Part shown: positions 13,203-25,870 of the stretch, one piece after another
How positions within the stretch are numbered: the first letter of the stretch is position 1
How the letters are laid out: each line of letters opens with the position of its first letter
Assembly (NCBI GenBank): GCA_030704615.1
Contig: CM060734.1
Span: 17,484,001-17,548,000, forward strand
Length of the DNA stretch: 64,000 bases
Direction of reading: 5' to 3'
Source of the DNA: Takakia lepidozioides
Taxonomy: Eukaryota; Plantae; Bryophyta
Translations under genes and position numbers: made by a program
The notes under the pieces: model-generated
Seen by the model: only the letters and a program-made list of their open reading frames with translations
The model's database searches: none
What the model was told of the DNA's origin: nothing

Positions 13203-13690
13203 GTGAACGGTGTCCAACAGCCCTACGCCGCTGACCTTGTAATCCTTGACATCCCGGATGGGCAGCCTGTACTTGATATCATTCCCCCTGCTGTGACTCC
13301 ACACTGGAATGCTCAAAACCCTCTGTATTGGCATGTTCTTTTGTGGCAACTCATAGACCCCATGACGCATCCTTTTGGTGTTTCTTTTTGTTGCTGAAGT
13401 TTAGCTTCCAGAGTATTTACGAAGTTTACTCATTACTGTGTGGTTGCAGGAGTCCCATGACGCCACGGTTTCTGCCGTTCTTTGCCAACCCGGATTTTTT
13501 CCCAAGTCCTCCAGCACAATTTCATTTGCCATCTTATGCGGAGGCTGCAGCTACGGAGTATAGTCTGCTGGCATCTCCCCCTTCTTTGCTTCACAAAAGA
13601 CATGGTTTTCAGCAGAGCAGGGCTAGCGTCTTTGTGGACAATTTTGCCTTCGTTCTGAACAGTGCGTCCTGTAGCAGTGGATCTTCTTTG
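13203..13690 (+). pseudogene. Degenerate amino-methyltransferase (N4C/N6A-like) fragment
   Basis: ADLVILDIPDGQP...PHWN....YW parallels NMILLDIPGGEP...PTWN....YW at ~35200 (minus). SRASVFVDNF weakly parallels TRSPAFIQTL. Confidence 0.5.
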
Positions 13691-15084
13691 TCCGAATGAA
13701 TCGATTCTTTTGAAGGGTTTGTTTAAAAACCACGAGTTCACCTGTATGCCTTCTTTATGATTGGATGTGAGCCTCTCTATCAACCTTGTATAACTTGGAA
13801 AATGACATGTGGTCCTTCTCAATCAACAAAGCAATGTGGACTCAATGTTTGCAATATACACTGCACCCGACATAATTGATTTTCAAGCACGACAAGCATG
13901 GTTTCATGGATTTTGGAGCTAAGGGGTTTTGGGAGCTACCACTACAAACAGCTATCTATCCTTTCATTTATGTCATTCATCCACTTCTCATTCGTTATAC
14001 AAACATTCATCTGACATTCATCCCTCATTCATCCAAGCAGCATCCATATCCGAGCTTGTGATACTGGCCACTCTGCGCAGTAATAGGTCTTCTAAGTCGA
14101 CTAGACGTCCGCGGTTATAGGTAGGCAGGTCCTCAAGCGTGAGCAGATTTCTGCTCACGAAATTTTCTGCTTGCGGGATCCGCTCACACAATAGCATCCC
14201 CTTGTCATTATTATGTTGCTTGTCAAAGAAACCACATATGGTAATATCCCTCAAATGACTGACTATGCTACATCCCCCGCCCATTTATCAGTGATACTCC
14301 AGACAGTGGGTTGCATGGGGCCATTGCTCCCCTCTCCCACTAGCACTCTCCTCCCCTCCCAACACTCACACGCCAGTCTGCCCTAAAGGCAACTTGGCTC
14401 CTCCATGACAGTCACTAACCACACCCACGAACTTCCATCTGTCACTACATTTCCCCCAGGCACCATACCTTCCCACAGTCACCGTGCACCCCTCCCCCTA
14501 CTCTCTTACAATCATTCTCTTCCCCGCACTCAAATGGCACATCCATCACCTCATCCAACCCCCTACCCCAATTCACAATGCAATCCCCCACCACTGCCGC
14601 ATATATACAATCATGCAAGAACCCTTGCTCTTTGATCACCCATCTTTTACAAGAATTCCCCCCACAACCCTCACCGCATGTGCCCTCTTCCTATAGCAAA
14701 GGGCCTGTTTGGTATTCTTCTCGTCTCATAGCTTACAACATTACACGAACACAATTACTTCCCAAGGTCTCGTACATCCTTTATTCAGGCAAGTGCACGT
14801 CAACAACTCACAGCCAAGCACCAACTCCACACGATCCGATAAATTCTCATTATAGCCCTTTCAACACCCTCATAATTCCCTACATCTCTAGTGATTCCAA
14901 TGGCTACTGGCCTATCTCCACAACCTCCTCGATAAAAACACTCCATAGTATGTTGAAAGTAACAACACCCGCCTCCGAAGGTGTCACGTACACACTCCTC
15001 CCAAAAAGGCTGCTCTTGTCGCCACCCCCTGGCACCACGCACAACCACGATTATTCTAGCCTAATGTGTTTTACCTGATTCCCC

Positions 15085-17813
15085 TATCATGGTTCTAGTC
15101 ATGGTTAACTAGAATTACCTACTTCTAGTTAATTAGGACATTTTGGATATTTATATTTATATTTTGTGTATTGGGACTTCATTTGGTCTCATATGCCAAG
15201 TGAGGTGTCAAGCCTCACTTGGAACATGGGGATGGGTTTTTCCCTTGTGAGGGTTGAGGAGGGCTCATTCATGAGTGGAGTGTTTCCATTGTGTTCACTT
15301 TCATTATCACTACAAGAAGATGACCTTATGCTTGTGAGTGCAAAGTGTAAGGGTTAGTATTGCACTTGTATGTAAGGAGGTAGAGAGCTAGGAGAGCTCT
15401 TGTGCTTGCAAGGTATTTTCAAGGAAGGGTGCATGTGAGTTCTATCAAGGGGTTGGAGAGCTCAAGGAGAGAGCTCTTGTGCTTGCAAGGTGTGGCAAGG
15501 GAGAGTGTATTTGCATTGCATCAAGGAGGTGGAGAGCTCAAGGAGAGAGCTCTTGAGTTACAAGGCTTTGCAAGTATTGCAAGGAAGAAAGTCTTGTGTG
15601 CGTGGAAGCAAAAGGTTTGAAAGTTTGAGAAGAAGGAGCGTCATCTCTTGTATCTCAAGTGTTGTGACAACCATTTGCCAAGGAAGTGGCTTCTATGGTG
15701 AAAATAATGCATTGAGGGTTTGTAGAAGCATTATTGTGCACCAAGGGTTTGAGAGCTTGGAAAAGAGCTCTTGCATCATAAGAGAAGTGTCTTGTGTGTG
15801 GAGAAGATAGACACTAGGGTTTCAAGAGCAAGCTCTAGTTGTTCATGGTGTGAAAGAGAAGCCAAAGAGCAGCACATGCTTGGGTTGGAAACACCATAGA
15901 AGGAGTACAACAAGGGTAGTTTGAGGAGCATTAGCTCAAGAGAAGCTAAGAAGTGGTTGTTTTATCCATGGTGAATGAAGCCAAGTGGGGTTTCATTTGG
16001 TTGACAAACAAGCAAGCTAAGGCGCTAGAAGGGAGTGCTTTTGCTAGTTATATGAGTTCTTGGATTGCTCTTGGTGAAGCAAGTGGTTGACCAAGCAAGT
16101 GGCGCATGTGTGGAGTAAGCTTTCCAAATGTGGTTTCCCAACTTCAAGCTTGAGGAGAGCTATAAGGTGAAATGAGCAAGTTCATTCATTTGTGTATGAG
16201 GTGGTGCATGTGTGGAGCATGTTTTAATTGGCTTAAGCTTTGCCCTTTGAAGCTTGAGAGGAGTGGCTCTTGCGCTAGCAAGTGAAAAAAGCTTGAATGA
16301 CCAAGGTTTGAGAGGAGACAAGGCTTGGTGGCTTGCTAAAGGAGGGGGTGCATGTTGTGGAAGAGAAGCTAAGGAGCTACATAGGCTAGGGCTTGAAGAC
16401 AACAAAAGCAAACACTTGGAGAGCATCAAGAAGCTCAAGATGACCCCAAAGGCAAGCATGTGGGTGAAAATTCTATCCATGATGATGTGAAACCAAGCCT
16501 AGAGCATTGAAGAGCTTGGAGCACATGTGGGAGATCATTGGAGGTGGTCTTCATGAAGAAAGGAGATTGTGGCTCAAGGCATGCGTAGCAACTTCAACCA
16601 TACATTAGCATATGACAAGACAAGGAAGGGGAGGTGAAGCTCATGTATTCATTCCCTTCTTGCTTAAGTTTTGTGGTGGATGGTTGATCAAGCAAGCGAT
16701 GCTTATGTGGAGCATGCTCTTTAGGGCTTATGATTTCAAGTTTGAGAAGATGAGCTCTTGAATAGAGGTGTGGATACACATTATTGTGAATGAAGACAAC
16801 ACCTAGGCCAAGAGGTGGAAGTGTGTGTGACTAGCCCATGCAAGGGAAAGCACATGGAAGATGACATACAAAAGTCAAATTGAAGCAAGGCTTGGCGCCT
16901 GTCATTGGGCACATTAGCTTGCTATGAGTTCCAAGGAGATCATGAGAAACTTGTCAATTTGTGATGAATGCATTGCAAGATAAGACAATGCAATCTTGCA
17001 TGCATGTTAGGGGGGAAGATACCATGAAGAAGGTGTTTTTCACCATCACATAAACTCCTTAAGACTTGGGGTAGAAGCATGGATCAGGAGCAAAAATGTG
17101 TATGGTGTTTCTTACTATACTCTACAAACCCTAGTCTCCATCCACTTCAAAAACTGGGTATGGCTCATTCCGCCCACCATACATTTTTGTAATAAATGTA
17201 TGGCTCATACTGCCTAGCATACTTTTTTGTGAAAAGTGTATGGATACAAGTGGAGAGACTTTGCCTGCCAAACGTTTTCATTAAAAGTGTATGACATATA
17301 TGGTGTATCCGGAGGAGTATTGCATTTGGAGGATCTTTGGGGGGTCCTTGGAGGAGCTTTTGGAGGGCACATTGAAGAGCCTTTGGAGGGCTATTTGGAG
17401 GACTATTTGGGGTCCTTGAAGGCCAATATTTGGCAAGTTTGTGGAGTCTTGAGGGCTCTTAGAGAGTTCTTTTGAGAGATCCTTGAAAGGTAGTCTTGTT
17501 TATTACGCAAGTAAGAGAGTGTGGGGATAAAGGTAGTGGGATGAGATCATGCTTGGGATTAGGAATTGCTTTAGTCTCTCTTCCTTGTAGGCTTTCACCC
17601 TCTCTATAGGCCAAAACCTTTCCGTAGGTGGAGGCAAGAGTCAGTCCGGGTTTGGGCTAAGGTGTCTTGTAGGAGCGACACCGTGCATTGTTTTTGGTGT
17701 GGGGGAGTTACCGTTTTCATTTTCTTGTGTTTGGATCCCCTCCACACCTGTATGCCTGAATGTGCGCCATGTTAGCTTTGTGTGGGCGCTTGTTTTCATA
17801 AGAGGTTGGTCCG
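15085..17813 (+). mobile_element. DNMT-gypsy copy C, 5' part (repeat A plus long leader), interrupted by copy B
   Basis: Homologous to the reverse complement of 26145-29565. Ends ...ggttggTCCG and resumes TCCGgatttgatcacc at 29566. Confidence 0.9.
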
Positions 17814-17900
17814 TGTCGTGCACCTAAGCATCGTGCCACAACATACATCATTGTCCACCACACAATCTAAGCACACAATCCTAGAAAGCTATACCACAAT
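17814..17900 (-). repeat. Terminal repeat B2 (87 bp)
   Basis: Near-identical to 18254-18339. Confidence 0.9.
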
Positions 17901-18251
17901 GATAATAGAAGTGAACACACAATGGAAACACTCCACTCAATCACATAAACTAAGTCAAGCCAAGGGCACCTTTGCTAAGGGAATCCACCCTACAAAGCCC
18001 TCACCGCACTCCCTCTCAATACCTAGAGCTATGGAGGTGGGAGAGGCTCATGGAGGCTCAACTACAAGAAGATGAGCCTCCTCCATCCTCACAAGGGGAA
18101 AACCTATCCCCATGTCCCAAGTGAGGCTCGACACCTCACTTGGCATGTGAGACCCAATGACGTCCCAATACACAAAATATAAATATAAATATCTAAAATG
18201 TCCTAAACTAGAAGTAGGTAATTCTAGATAACCATGACTAAAACCATGACA
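17900..18251 (-). repeat. Repeat A2 (~350 bp, TG...CA)
   Basis: Direct repeat of 29244-29565. Also matches 15085-15309 in the opposite orientation. Confidence 0.9.
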
Positions 18252-18253
18252 GC

Positions 18254-18339
18254 TGCCGTGCACCTAAGCATCGTGCCACAACTACATCATTGTCCACCAC
18301 ACAATCTAAGCACACAATCCTAGAAAGCTATACCACAAT
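18254..18339 (-). repeat. Repeat B1 (86 bp), directly after the PPT
   Basis: Matches B2. Joined to A2 through CA-gc-TG. Confidence 0.9.
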
Positions 18340-18350
18340 CGCCCCCCTAG
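18339..18350 (-). promoter_or_regulatory. Polypurine tract
   Basis: ctAGGGGGGcGA immediately before TTGTGG (start of B1). Confidence 0.7.
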
Positions 18351-18600
18351 CCGGTGATTAGGTCCCTCTAACACCAGATAGCTGACAAGTATCCATCCCA
18401 ATAAGATCATCGCTTGGTCATCAATCACCCAAGTCCCACTATCTATAGTCAATAGATCAAGAGGTCGGGTGCAAAGGTAGCCCCATCATTACTCGCCTTC
18501 CTGCAATCCATGGCTTCAATTGGGTGTCCATGGCATCGAACTCCCGTTAGCTAGACCTTGGATCACTTGTCAACCTCGTCACTGTCATGCCCCACTACCT

Positions 18601-18840
18601 CTATCCAAGGCATCGTGGACACAACCATTCTCCACTAAGAACCTCCTTAAGTGGTGGTGTCAAGCATCCCATGTGCCACCCCCTTGAGCATTTGTCACAC
18701 ACCAACATGGTCGCAGCACCACCAGCATGCCCACATGCATGCAACGCAACCCTGCAGATACCACTGCAAGGTTGGGATCTATCCTCCCATCCACATGTGG
18801 AAGGTGACATGGCGCACAATTGCGCACATGGTCCTTCCAT
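18601..18840 (-). pseudogene. PHD finger at the integrase C-terminus
   Basis: MLVCDKCSRGWHMGCLTPPLKEVLSGEWLCPRC matches the PHD pattern. Confidence 0.85.
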
Positions 18841-18849
18841 ACCATGCCA

Positions 18850-19870
18850 TCTCGACCCTCCATAATCAACACTCCTGAAGGCAACATCTCCCGGACCCTT
18901 AGAATCACACGACCTGCTGTGACATCCAAGGGCGTAGGCATTGTCTGCTGCAGATACACATAGTCCCCAGGATGGAAACGCCGAACACCTGGCCGATATC
19001 TCCCTCCACGTATAGTGGCGTACCTCAATGTGTCTCGGTGTTGGGCAATAGCAAGGTTCTCAAAAGCCATAGGCATGACTCTCTTGAACAACTCTGCCCG
19101 TTGGGCACATGCTTGTGTCCACACATCCAGATCATCAAGGTTGAGGACTACTGCAGTCTCCCTACGAATAGATGCTGGCAAATCTGGCTCTCGGCCAAAG
19201 AGAAGGAAATAAGGCGAGAACGAGGCAAGTGATGCTTGCTTGCTAAACCTGTAACCCATGGCCAACCAAGGTAGCTGAAGGTCCCAATCTCCCAAGTGTC
19301 CCTTCTGCAAGCCATACTTGCGCAAGCCTCACTTGCGCAAGCCTCGTTTGACTGTTTGCACAACCCTCTCGGCCAAGCCATCGGCCTCGGGATGATCCCG
19401 AAAAGTAGTGCAGTGATCTATCAAGGCTTGCTCACACAAAGCCTGAAACTCCCCCAATAACTCTCTCCCCTGGTCCGTGAGTACCTCGGCTGGAGCACCA
19501 AATTGGCTAAGCACTCGATCTAAGAATGCATACGCAGCCCCCTCACTTGCCTTATCATGCAATGCCACCAGTTCAATCCATTTGGAGAAATGTTCCACCA
19601 TCACCAGCACATATTTGTTATGGCGAATCGTTAGTGGCAATGGGCCTGCAAAGTCAAGACTCCAACGATAGCCCAAACCCATAATGGGTAAAGAATGCAA
19701 TTGTGGAGTAGGTGCATTGAAAGAAGCCCGCACTCTATCACACACCATGCACCTTGCCACTAATTGTTGCACATCCGTGTGCATGCCCCGCCACCAATAC
19801 TGTCATTGCAGCAAACTATGAGTGCGCCGCACCCCAAAATGTCTCAACTCCTCATGGGCATGGCGTACCA
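18850..19870 (-). pseudogene. DDE integrase
   Basis: HHCC remnant (CMVC), WSLDFAGP (D), VLTDQG (D), DGLAER (E), SPYFLLFGR. Frameshifted. Confidence 0.9.
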
Positions 19871-20249
19871 ATCGCGCTCATTGTGTTGGATGAGGCACAA
19901 TCCTCACTTGTCCATCCTCCCATACTCGGAGTAGGTGAGTCCCCTCCCACTTGAACCTCTTGGCTCGTTGTAGGATCCGATCTCTCTCCTTAGCAGTCAC
20001 ACTGGCTTTTGTCTCTCTAGTACAAAGGTAGGCCAACACTGCTACATCTTCATATACATCCTTAGCACCACCAAGCTCCTCACTGATCTCTGGATTGTCA
20101 TGCACACTATCTATATGACCGATCGCATGGGATGGACTAGCTTGAGCTCCCATTGCTAGAATGCATAAAAAGGCAAATGCGTGCCATCCTGGCACCATCT
20201 CCTCATCTGTCTCACCATGCCAACGAGCTCTTGTATCATCAAGCTCACT

Positions 20250-20640
20250 TGTGCATGGATTGCGACTCAATCCATCCGCATCTCGGTTGACTATTCCAGC
20301 TCGATGCACCACCTGGAAGTCGTATTCTTGAAGCATAAGTGCCCACCGTGCAAGCTTCCCTGTAAAGCTTGTCTGACTCCATCAACCACTTCAATGGTTG
20401 GTGATCCGTGACAAGGGTGAAGAGATTGCCATAGAGGTAGCATCTAAAATGTGTCACTGCCCATACAACAGCTAGACACTCCCCTTCATAGGAACTATAC
20501 TTCGCCTCGGCATCATTGTTCGAGCGGCTAGCATATGCTACTATGAACTCTCTTCCCTCATCATCCACCTGTGTGAGCACTGCTCCAATCCCCAGCATAC
20601 TCCAATCTGTATGTAGCTGGAAAGACCCTGAATAGGCCGC
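20250..20640 (-). pseudogene. RNase H
   Basis: GIGAVL, YASRS, EGECLAVVWAV, TDHQPL, NRDADGLSR. Confidence 0.9.
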
Positions 20641-20705
20641 CTCAGAATAGGCGCAGAAGTCAATCGAGCCTTGAGTTCCTCAAAGGCTTCCTCCTGCTCC
20701 TCCTC

Positions 20706-21590
20706 CTACTGCCACTCCTGACCCACCTTGGTCAACTTGGTAAGAGCCTTTGCAATACTGCTAAATCCCTTGACAAACCGTCGATAGTAGTTTGCCAACC
20801 CCATGAAAGCACAAACTCTGCTAACATCGATGAGGCGTGGAATGCGTGGAATGGCCTCCACCTTTGTCTTTTGAATACCCAATCCTCCAGGGTATATCAT
20901 GTGGCCCAGATACTCAATCTGGTTGTGGAAGAACTTGCACTTCCCAGGGTGCAATTTCAACCCATGCGCTCTCAAGCGCTCAAACACCATATGAAGGTGT
21001 CTCTCGTGCTCCTCAATCGTAGCACTAAAGATGATGATGTCATCAATGTAGCACCGTGCGAAGTCTAGCCCCGCAAGAATCATATCCATGACCCTCTGAA
21101 ACTCTGCAGGAGCATTCTTCAACCCAAACGGTAGAAACCGCCATTGGTACAAGCAATCATTCCCATGTTGGTCAATCCCCCATAATGTCGTCTTTTGCTT
21201 GTCAGCCTCTTTGATTGGCAACTGGTGGTAACCGGATCGCAAGTCCAATGTGCTAAACACCTTTGCATGCCCAATGGCATCAAAGATCTCCTCTGGAGTT
21301 GGCACGACATATCTATCGGACTTAGTCTGACGGTTCACAGGACGATATTCCCCACACATCCTCCTTTCTGTCCAATTGCCATAGATATCCTTCTTAACTG
21401 GCATCACCGTTGTCGAGGCATACTCCCCGCCTGACAACTCCACCAATCCAGCTTTGAACAACTCCATAGTCCATGACTGGATCAAAGACCTCTCCATATC
21501 ACTATACTTGTAGGGCCTTCGAAAAATTGGCATGTCACTTGCCAAATCAATATGAATCTCTTGGCCCTTCAAACTCCCCAAATCCTTCAA
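20706..21590 (-). pseudogene. Ty3/gypsy reverse transcriptase
   Basis: FSTLDLRSGYHQ, LPFGLKNAP, YIDDI, KCKFF...YLGH, FMGLANYYRRF. Confidence 0.95.
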
Positions 21591-22119
21591 ACCGAAGGCA
21601 AAGCAATTTCTATAAGCCCTTAGACATCGCTGGATCCTCCGTCTCTCTCCTCCGGTGACTGTAGGTCCAACATCTGGTTCCCAGTTGTCCTCAGTGACTG
21701 CAACCTTGGGTATACCAGGCTTGGAAGTAGGAGACGCATCCTTTGGTTGCTAGATAGCAACCTCTTGGGCTTTATCTGCCCACCCTGACCGTGGCGTAGC
21801 CTCCACTTGCTCCGCCATAGCCACCTTGAGAACATCCTCTGGGGAAGAAACATTCTCAACCTCTTCAAAAACATTGGCCACTTTGGCCTCCAACTGATCC
21901 TCAGTATTTGGCTCTCCCCACTCCTCATACTGCTGCTTCAGAGATCCAATGACTCTCTCTTTGCGCATCTCATCCCACATCTGCCATGGGTGTTTGCACC
22001 CCATGATCCTGTGCTCACCCCCACTCACTGCCTCCACTGTCCCAGTTGGCAGAGATGGTGCAATATCCAATGGAAGTGCAGAAGTAGCCACCCATGCTTG
22101 TAATCTCCATTGCTCAGCC

Positions 22120-23070
22120 CTGCATAAGCCAATGATCCATGTCAAGCAATTGAGATCCATTGCCTGACCCAACACCTGGCGTCATGATGCCTCTGACAGA
22201 GCCGGCACAACTGTAGTGCCCGGGCAAATCCCATCGCCTGCTCTCGTTCATCCGCATTGGGCTCCACCAATTGCTGTAGCACACTGTCCCAAATCAACCC
22301 AAGACCATTTTCTCAAAAAGCATGAGACGAGGGAAAGCTCATGAGCGTAGGCAAGGCTGCACGTGGCTGCCCCACTCGATTTACCACTGCTAGAGGTGGA
22401 CGGTCATCATGTCGCACCCTCTGTGGTTCCTCCCTTGGTCCAAAATGCCCTCAACTGTGAGACTGGGTGGCCGTTGAATGGAATTGTATGCTCTCTTGAG
22501 CAGCTCTGGTGGTGCAAGATTGGTCCACCACAGTCGAGGTCGATGCACTCGTGATCCCACCACTGCTGCATCCAATAGCACCGCCGATCCAATCCAAGAC
22601 CGCACCTGATGCACACTGGCCATAACCCTAGCCCGAGAGTCCCCCGTAAGAGGAACATTCTCCAAGATATAGGCTAGAGGTTGCACTTGCCTCGTCTGCA
22701 AGTCACGCAACACTCTCAACATCTCCCAAAACAAATGCGATCGTGCATCATGCAAGCCATTCCCATGACCTGCGGGAGAGTGTCCTTGGCAAGGCCATCC
22801 AGCTATCACCAAGTCAATGGCACCATGCCGGTCCAAATCATCCACCCCCAGCAAGGTAATGTCTGCTGGCAAGGCCTTTTGATACTCTTGAATTGCTGAG
22901 AGAGGCAACAACTCAGGATACCGGTGTATGAGCAAGGCGACGTGACGGAAATACGCCGAGCTATCTCACCCTTCTCCACATAGAAGTACTTGCGTACTTT
23001 AATCCTTGCTTGCAACACTCCTGCAAGCCCATGCTCATGCCTCCAAACATGTCTAGCAAACAAATCCCTG
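22120..23070 (-). pseudogene. DNMT3-like C5 cytosine methyltransferase domain inside pol (copy B)
   Basis: CLLDMFGG (I), YFYVE (II), IDLVIAGWPCQGHS (IV), YILENV (VI), HRPRLWWTNL (VIII), LGQAMD (X). Several frameshifts. Confidence 0.92.
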
Positions 23071-23399
23071 AGTCAAGTGGTTGCCAGGTTATGGGCATTG
23101 TGTCCAAAGGAGCTAACTGAGGAGGTCCGGGTGATATCACTGAACTCCCCTCACTCACCAATGGATAGGCCTCCTGCCATGCTTGGTGCACACACTCGCC
23201 TGCTACTCGATGCAAATTCCCAACTGTACCCCACAGTGGAATATGAACAGACACATGAGGAAGCAAATCAGCCTTGTATGCCAATTGTTTGTCTTCATCA
23301 GGTGGTGGCCTATCATCTGCATGGCTATTGCCCTCCAAGAGCTCACCACCCCAAGCCACCACCCCTGAGAATGCAGCCAATGTGGGCATCATGTTCCTA

Positions 23400-23830
23400 T
23401 GATCTACCGCTACATTCCCAATAAACCGTATTGGGAGCAGTGCACGTCGACCATCCCCTGACTGCCATTCCGGCCTGTAGGATGTCGTTTCTTCCCAAAA
23501 GTCCAAAATAAAGCCCATCGGGTATAGCACAGCCCCACCAACAAGCACATCGTAAGATATCGTGGCCATAACAATGGCTTTAACTCTCATGATAGAGCCA
23601 TCTGTAGGATGATCAGGCTGCAATCGAATGAAGAGCTCATGGCGTGTAATCCCTCGTGCCTTCTCTGAACCGCCCAAAGATGTTTGAATTTGGAAAGGGC
23701 AAGGTTCTAAATCCGCCTCTATAAGGCCCAAGCCTGCAATTGCTGCTCTCCCCAACATCAATGGCTATGCTCCCGAGTCCAACAAGATCCGCAGTGGCCT
23801 ATACCTCCTCCCGGTTGGGCCACCCAATTG
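23400..23830 (-). pseudogene. Retropepsin (aspartic protease)
   Basis: RILLDSGA active-site motif and YDVLVG. Confidence 0.85.
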
Positions 23831-25870
23831 AAACACTCCATCCTGATTGTCCACCAGGACTACCCCAGGAGTCACCATGTTGCGCTCAATGGCTGGCCTA
23901 GCTGGCAGCTCCTGCAACCTTGCAGCTGCCGCTTGCCATGGCGCAGCTGTGGCTGACTTCACCCTCAAAGCGTCCATAAACTGCACCTTATCTGCTATCT
24001 CCGCAGATAGTGCCGATGCATCACCACTCTCACAGAGTCTAGCTGCTAGTCTGAACACAGCAGCTGGCCGAATCCCCAGCATTGCAATGGTCATTGCAGA
24101 AAATAATGGAGCTTGGCAAATCACCGTAGCCGCCCCCAACAATGTACTAGCTGCACCTTGCTTTGCAGCACCACCCAATGGCATTTCCCGAGCCACATCA
24201 ACTCTCCCCAATGACACTCGTGGCTCTACCTTTGACACACTTGGGTGAGCGGGTGCCATTGATGGCGTAGGTGGCACTGTCTCAACCAATGTAAAGGACT
24301 GTGGAAGCTTTGTCTGACGACTTGTTTCCCCCCTTTGTGGATCAAAATCCACATCCGCTCCTCTTGGCTCAGGAGCACGCATTGCTGCTCGAGTGACAGC
24401 AGCAGCAAAGTCCAATACATGCAATGGCCCTGCAAGTGCGGCTCCACACATGAAGCCCATACCAATCTGGTCTTCCCTAGGCATAGGAGGTTGTGCAAGT
24501 GGAGCTTGAACCTCAGGCCTTGGAGCTGGCGCAACATGAGTAGTGGCCATGGTAGCAAGACGTTGCTCTAGCTGGGCAAGTCTATCCACCATGCCATGGT
24601 CATGATCTTGACCTTGACCCTGTGCTCCTTGGTATTGGTTACGACCTCCACCACGACCTCTACCTCCTCTACCTCTTTGGGCTACATTGCCTCGTCCTTG
24701 GCCACCATTTTTCCCTTGGACCTGGCCTGGTCGTAGCTCAAGATGCAGGTCATAACAATGGGCCTCCTCATGCCCGTACTTGCCACAATGCCCACATTGT
24801 AATTGTGTAGGCTGTGCCTGTGCCGGCCCTTTGCCTCTCTCCGAGCAATCCTTCTTGACATGGGGTCCTCCACAATCCCAACATGACACACTCGTCTGTT
24901 GCTAGCATGAGAATAAAGGGAGAGACCTCTGAATCTGAGATCCTCTATGGCCTTCCCTAGGCTTCATCTGAGCCCCTTGTTGCCTTGAGCACGTTGGGGA
25001 GTTGGTTGTTGTTGGCTAGGAACTCCATTTTGTTGTGTCTCCTTGCCAAATTCCACCATAACCACCCGTTCCTCCACCATATTGAGTTCTATCCGCTCTG
25101 CCACTAAAAACACATTTGCTAAGGTGGGTTGGGCTACTTGTAGGAGAGTTGCATCCCCCACCCTTCTTCTCAGCTCCTTGTCCAGGATCCCATACTAGAA
25201 CTGGACTGCCTGAGCTTCTGTAACCTTTGGTAGTTTCTCCTCAACTCCTCAAAGAACTCCACAATTGGATTAAAGACAGGCACGGGTGCTGGTGCTGCAG
25301 CAGGAGCTTGAGTGGATTTCCCAGCTCCTGTACCACTTGTCCCACTACTAGTGCTTGCAGTTGGAGATGTTTGTGTAGCTGCTGGTGTCGCTGCTGCCCT
25401 TGTGCCTCTAGTGATAGAGACATAGTTAGGTGACCAATACTCTCACCACTCCTCAATCTCCACCGCATGTCCCCGCCTAAATTCATGGTAATCATCCATG
25501 GGCGGCCCCTCAAGGTGCTGGAATAGCCCTTTCCATGCCATAAAGGGCGTAAACAGTTGTGGATTGCGCATTTGCTGCAAATCACACCAACGTCAAACTC
25601 TTGTATGAAGTCATCAAGCTCGATGGTGCCCACAGCTCTAGAGTACCTACGTGGCCCCTTGGTAGCTCCATACATCTCCTCCATCGTGTCCCACAACAAT
25701 GGCACGGAAATGGCTTGCACCCTCGGTGAGAATCCTCCTGACTCCGAGTCTGAACCTTCCTCAGAAGACACTGAAGTTGAAGGTGGCCTAAACCGCACAC
25801 CTCGTCTTGTGTACCCACTAGTATCGCTGGTGCCCGTACCGGCACTCCCCTCAGCAATTGGTGGCACCTC
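23830..25870 (-). pseudogene. gag with two Zn knuckles and Ala/Pro-rich linker (copy B)
   Basis: Homologous to the copy A gag. CWDCGGPHVKKDC and CGHCGKYGHEEAHC. Internal deletion near 25225. Confidence 0.85.
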
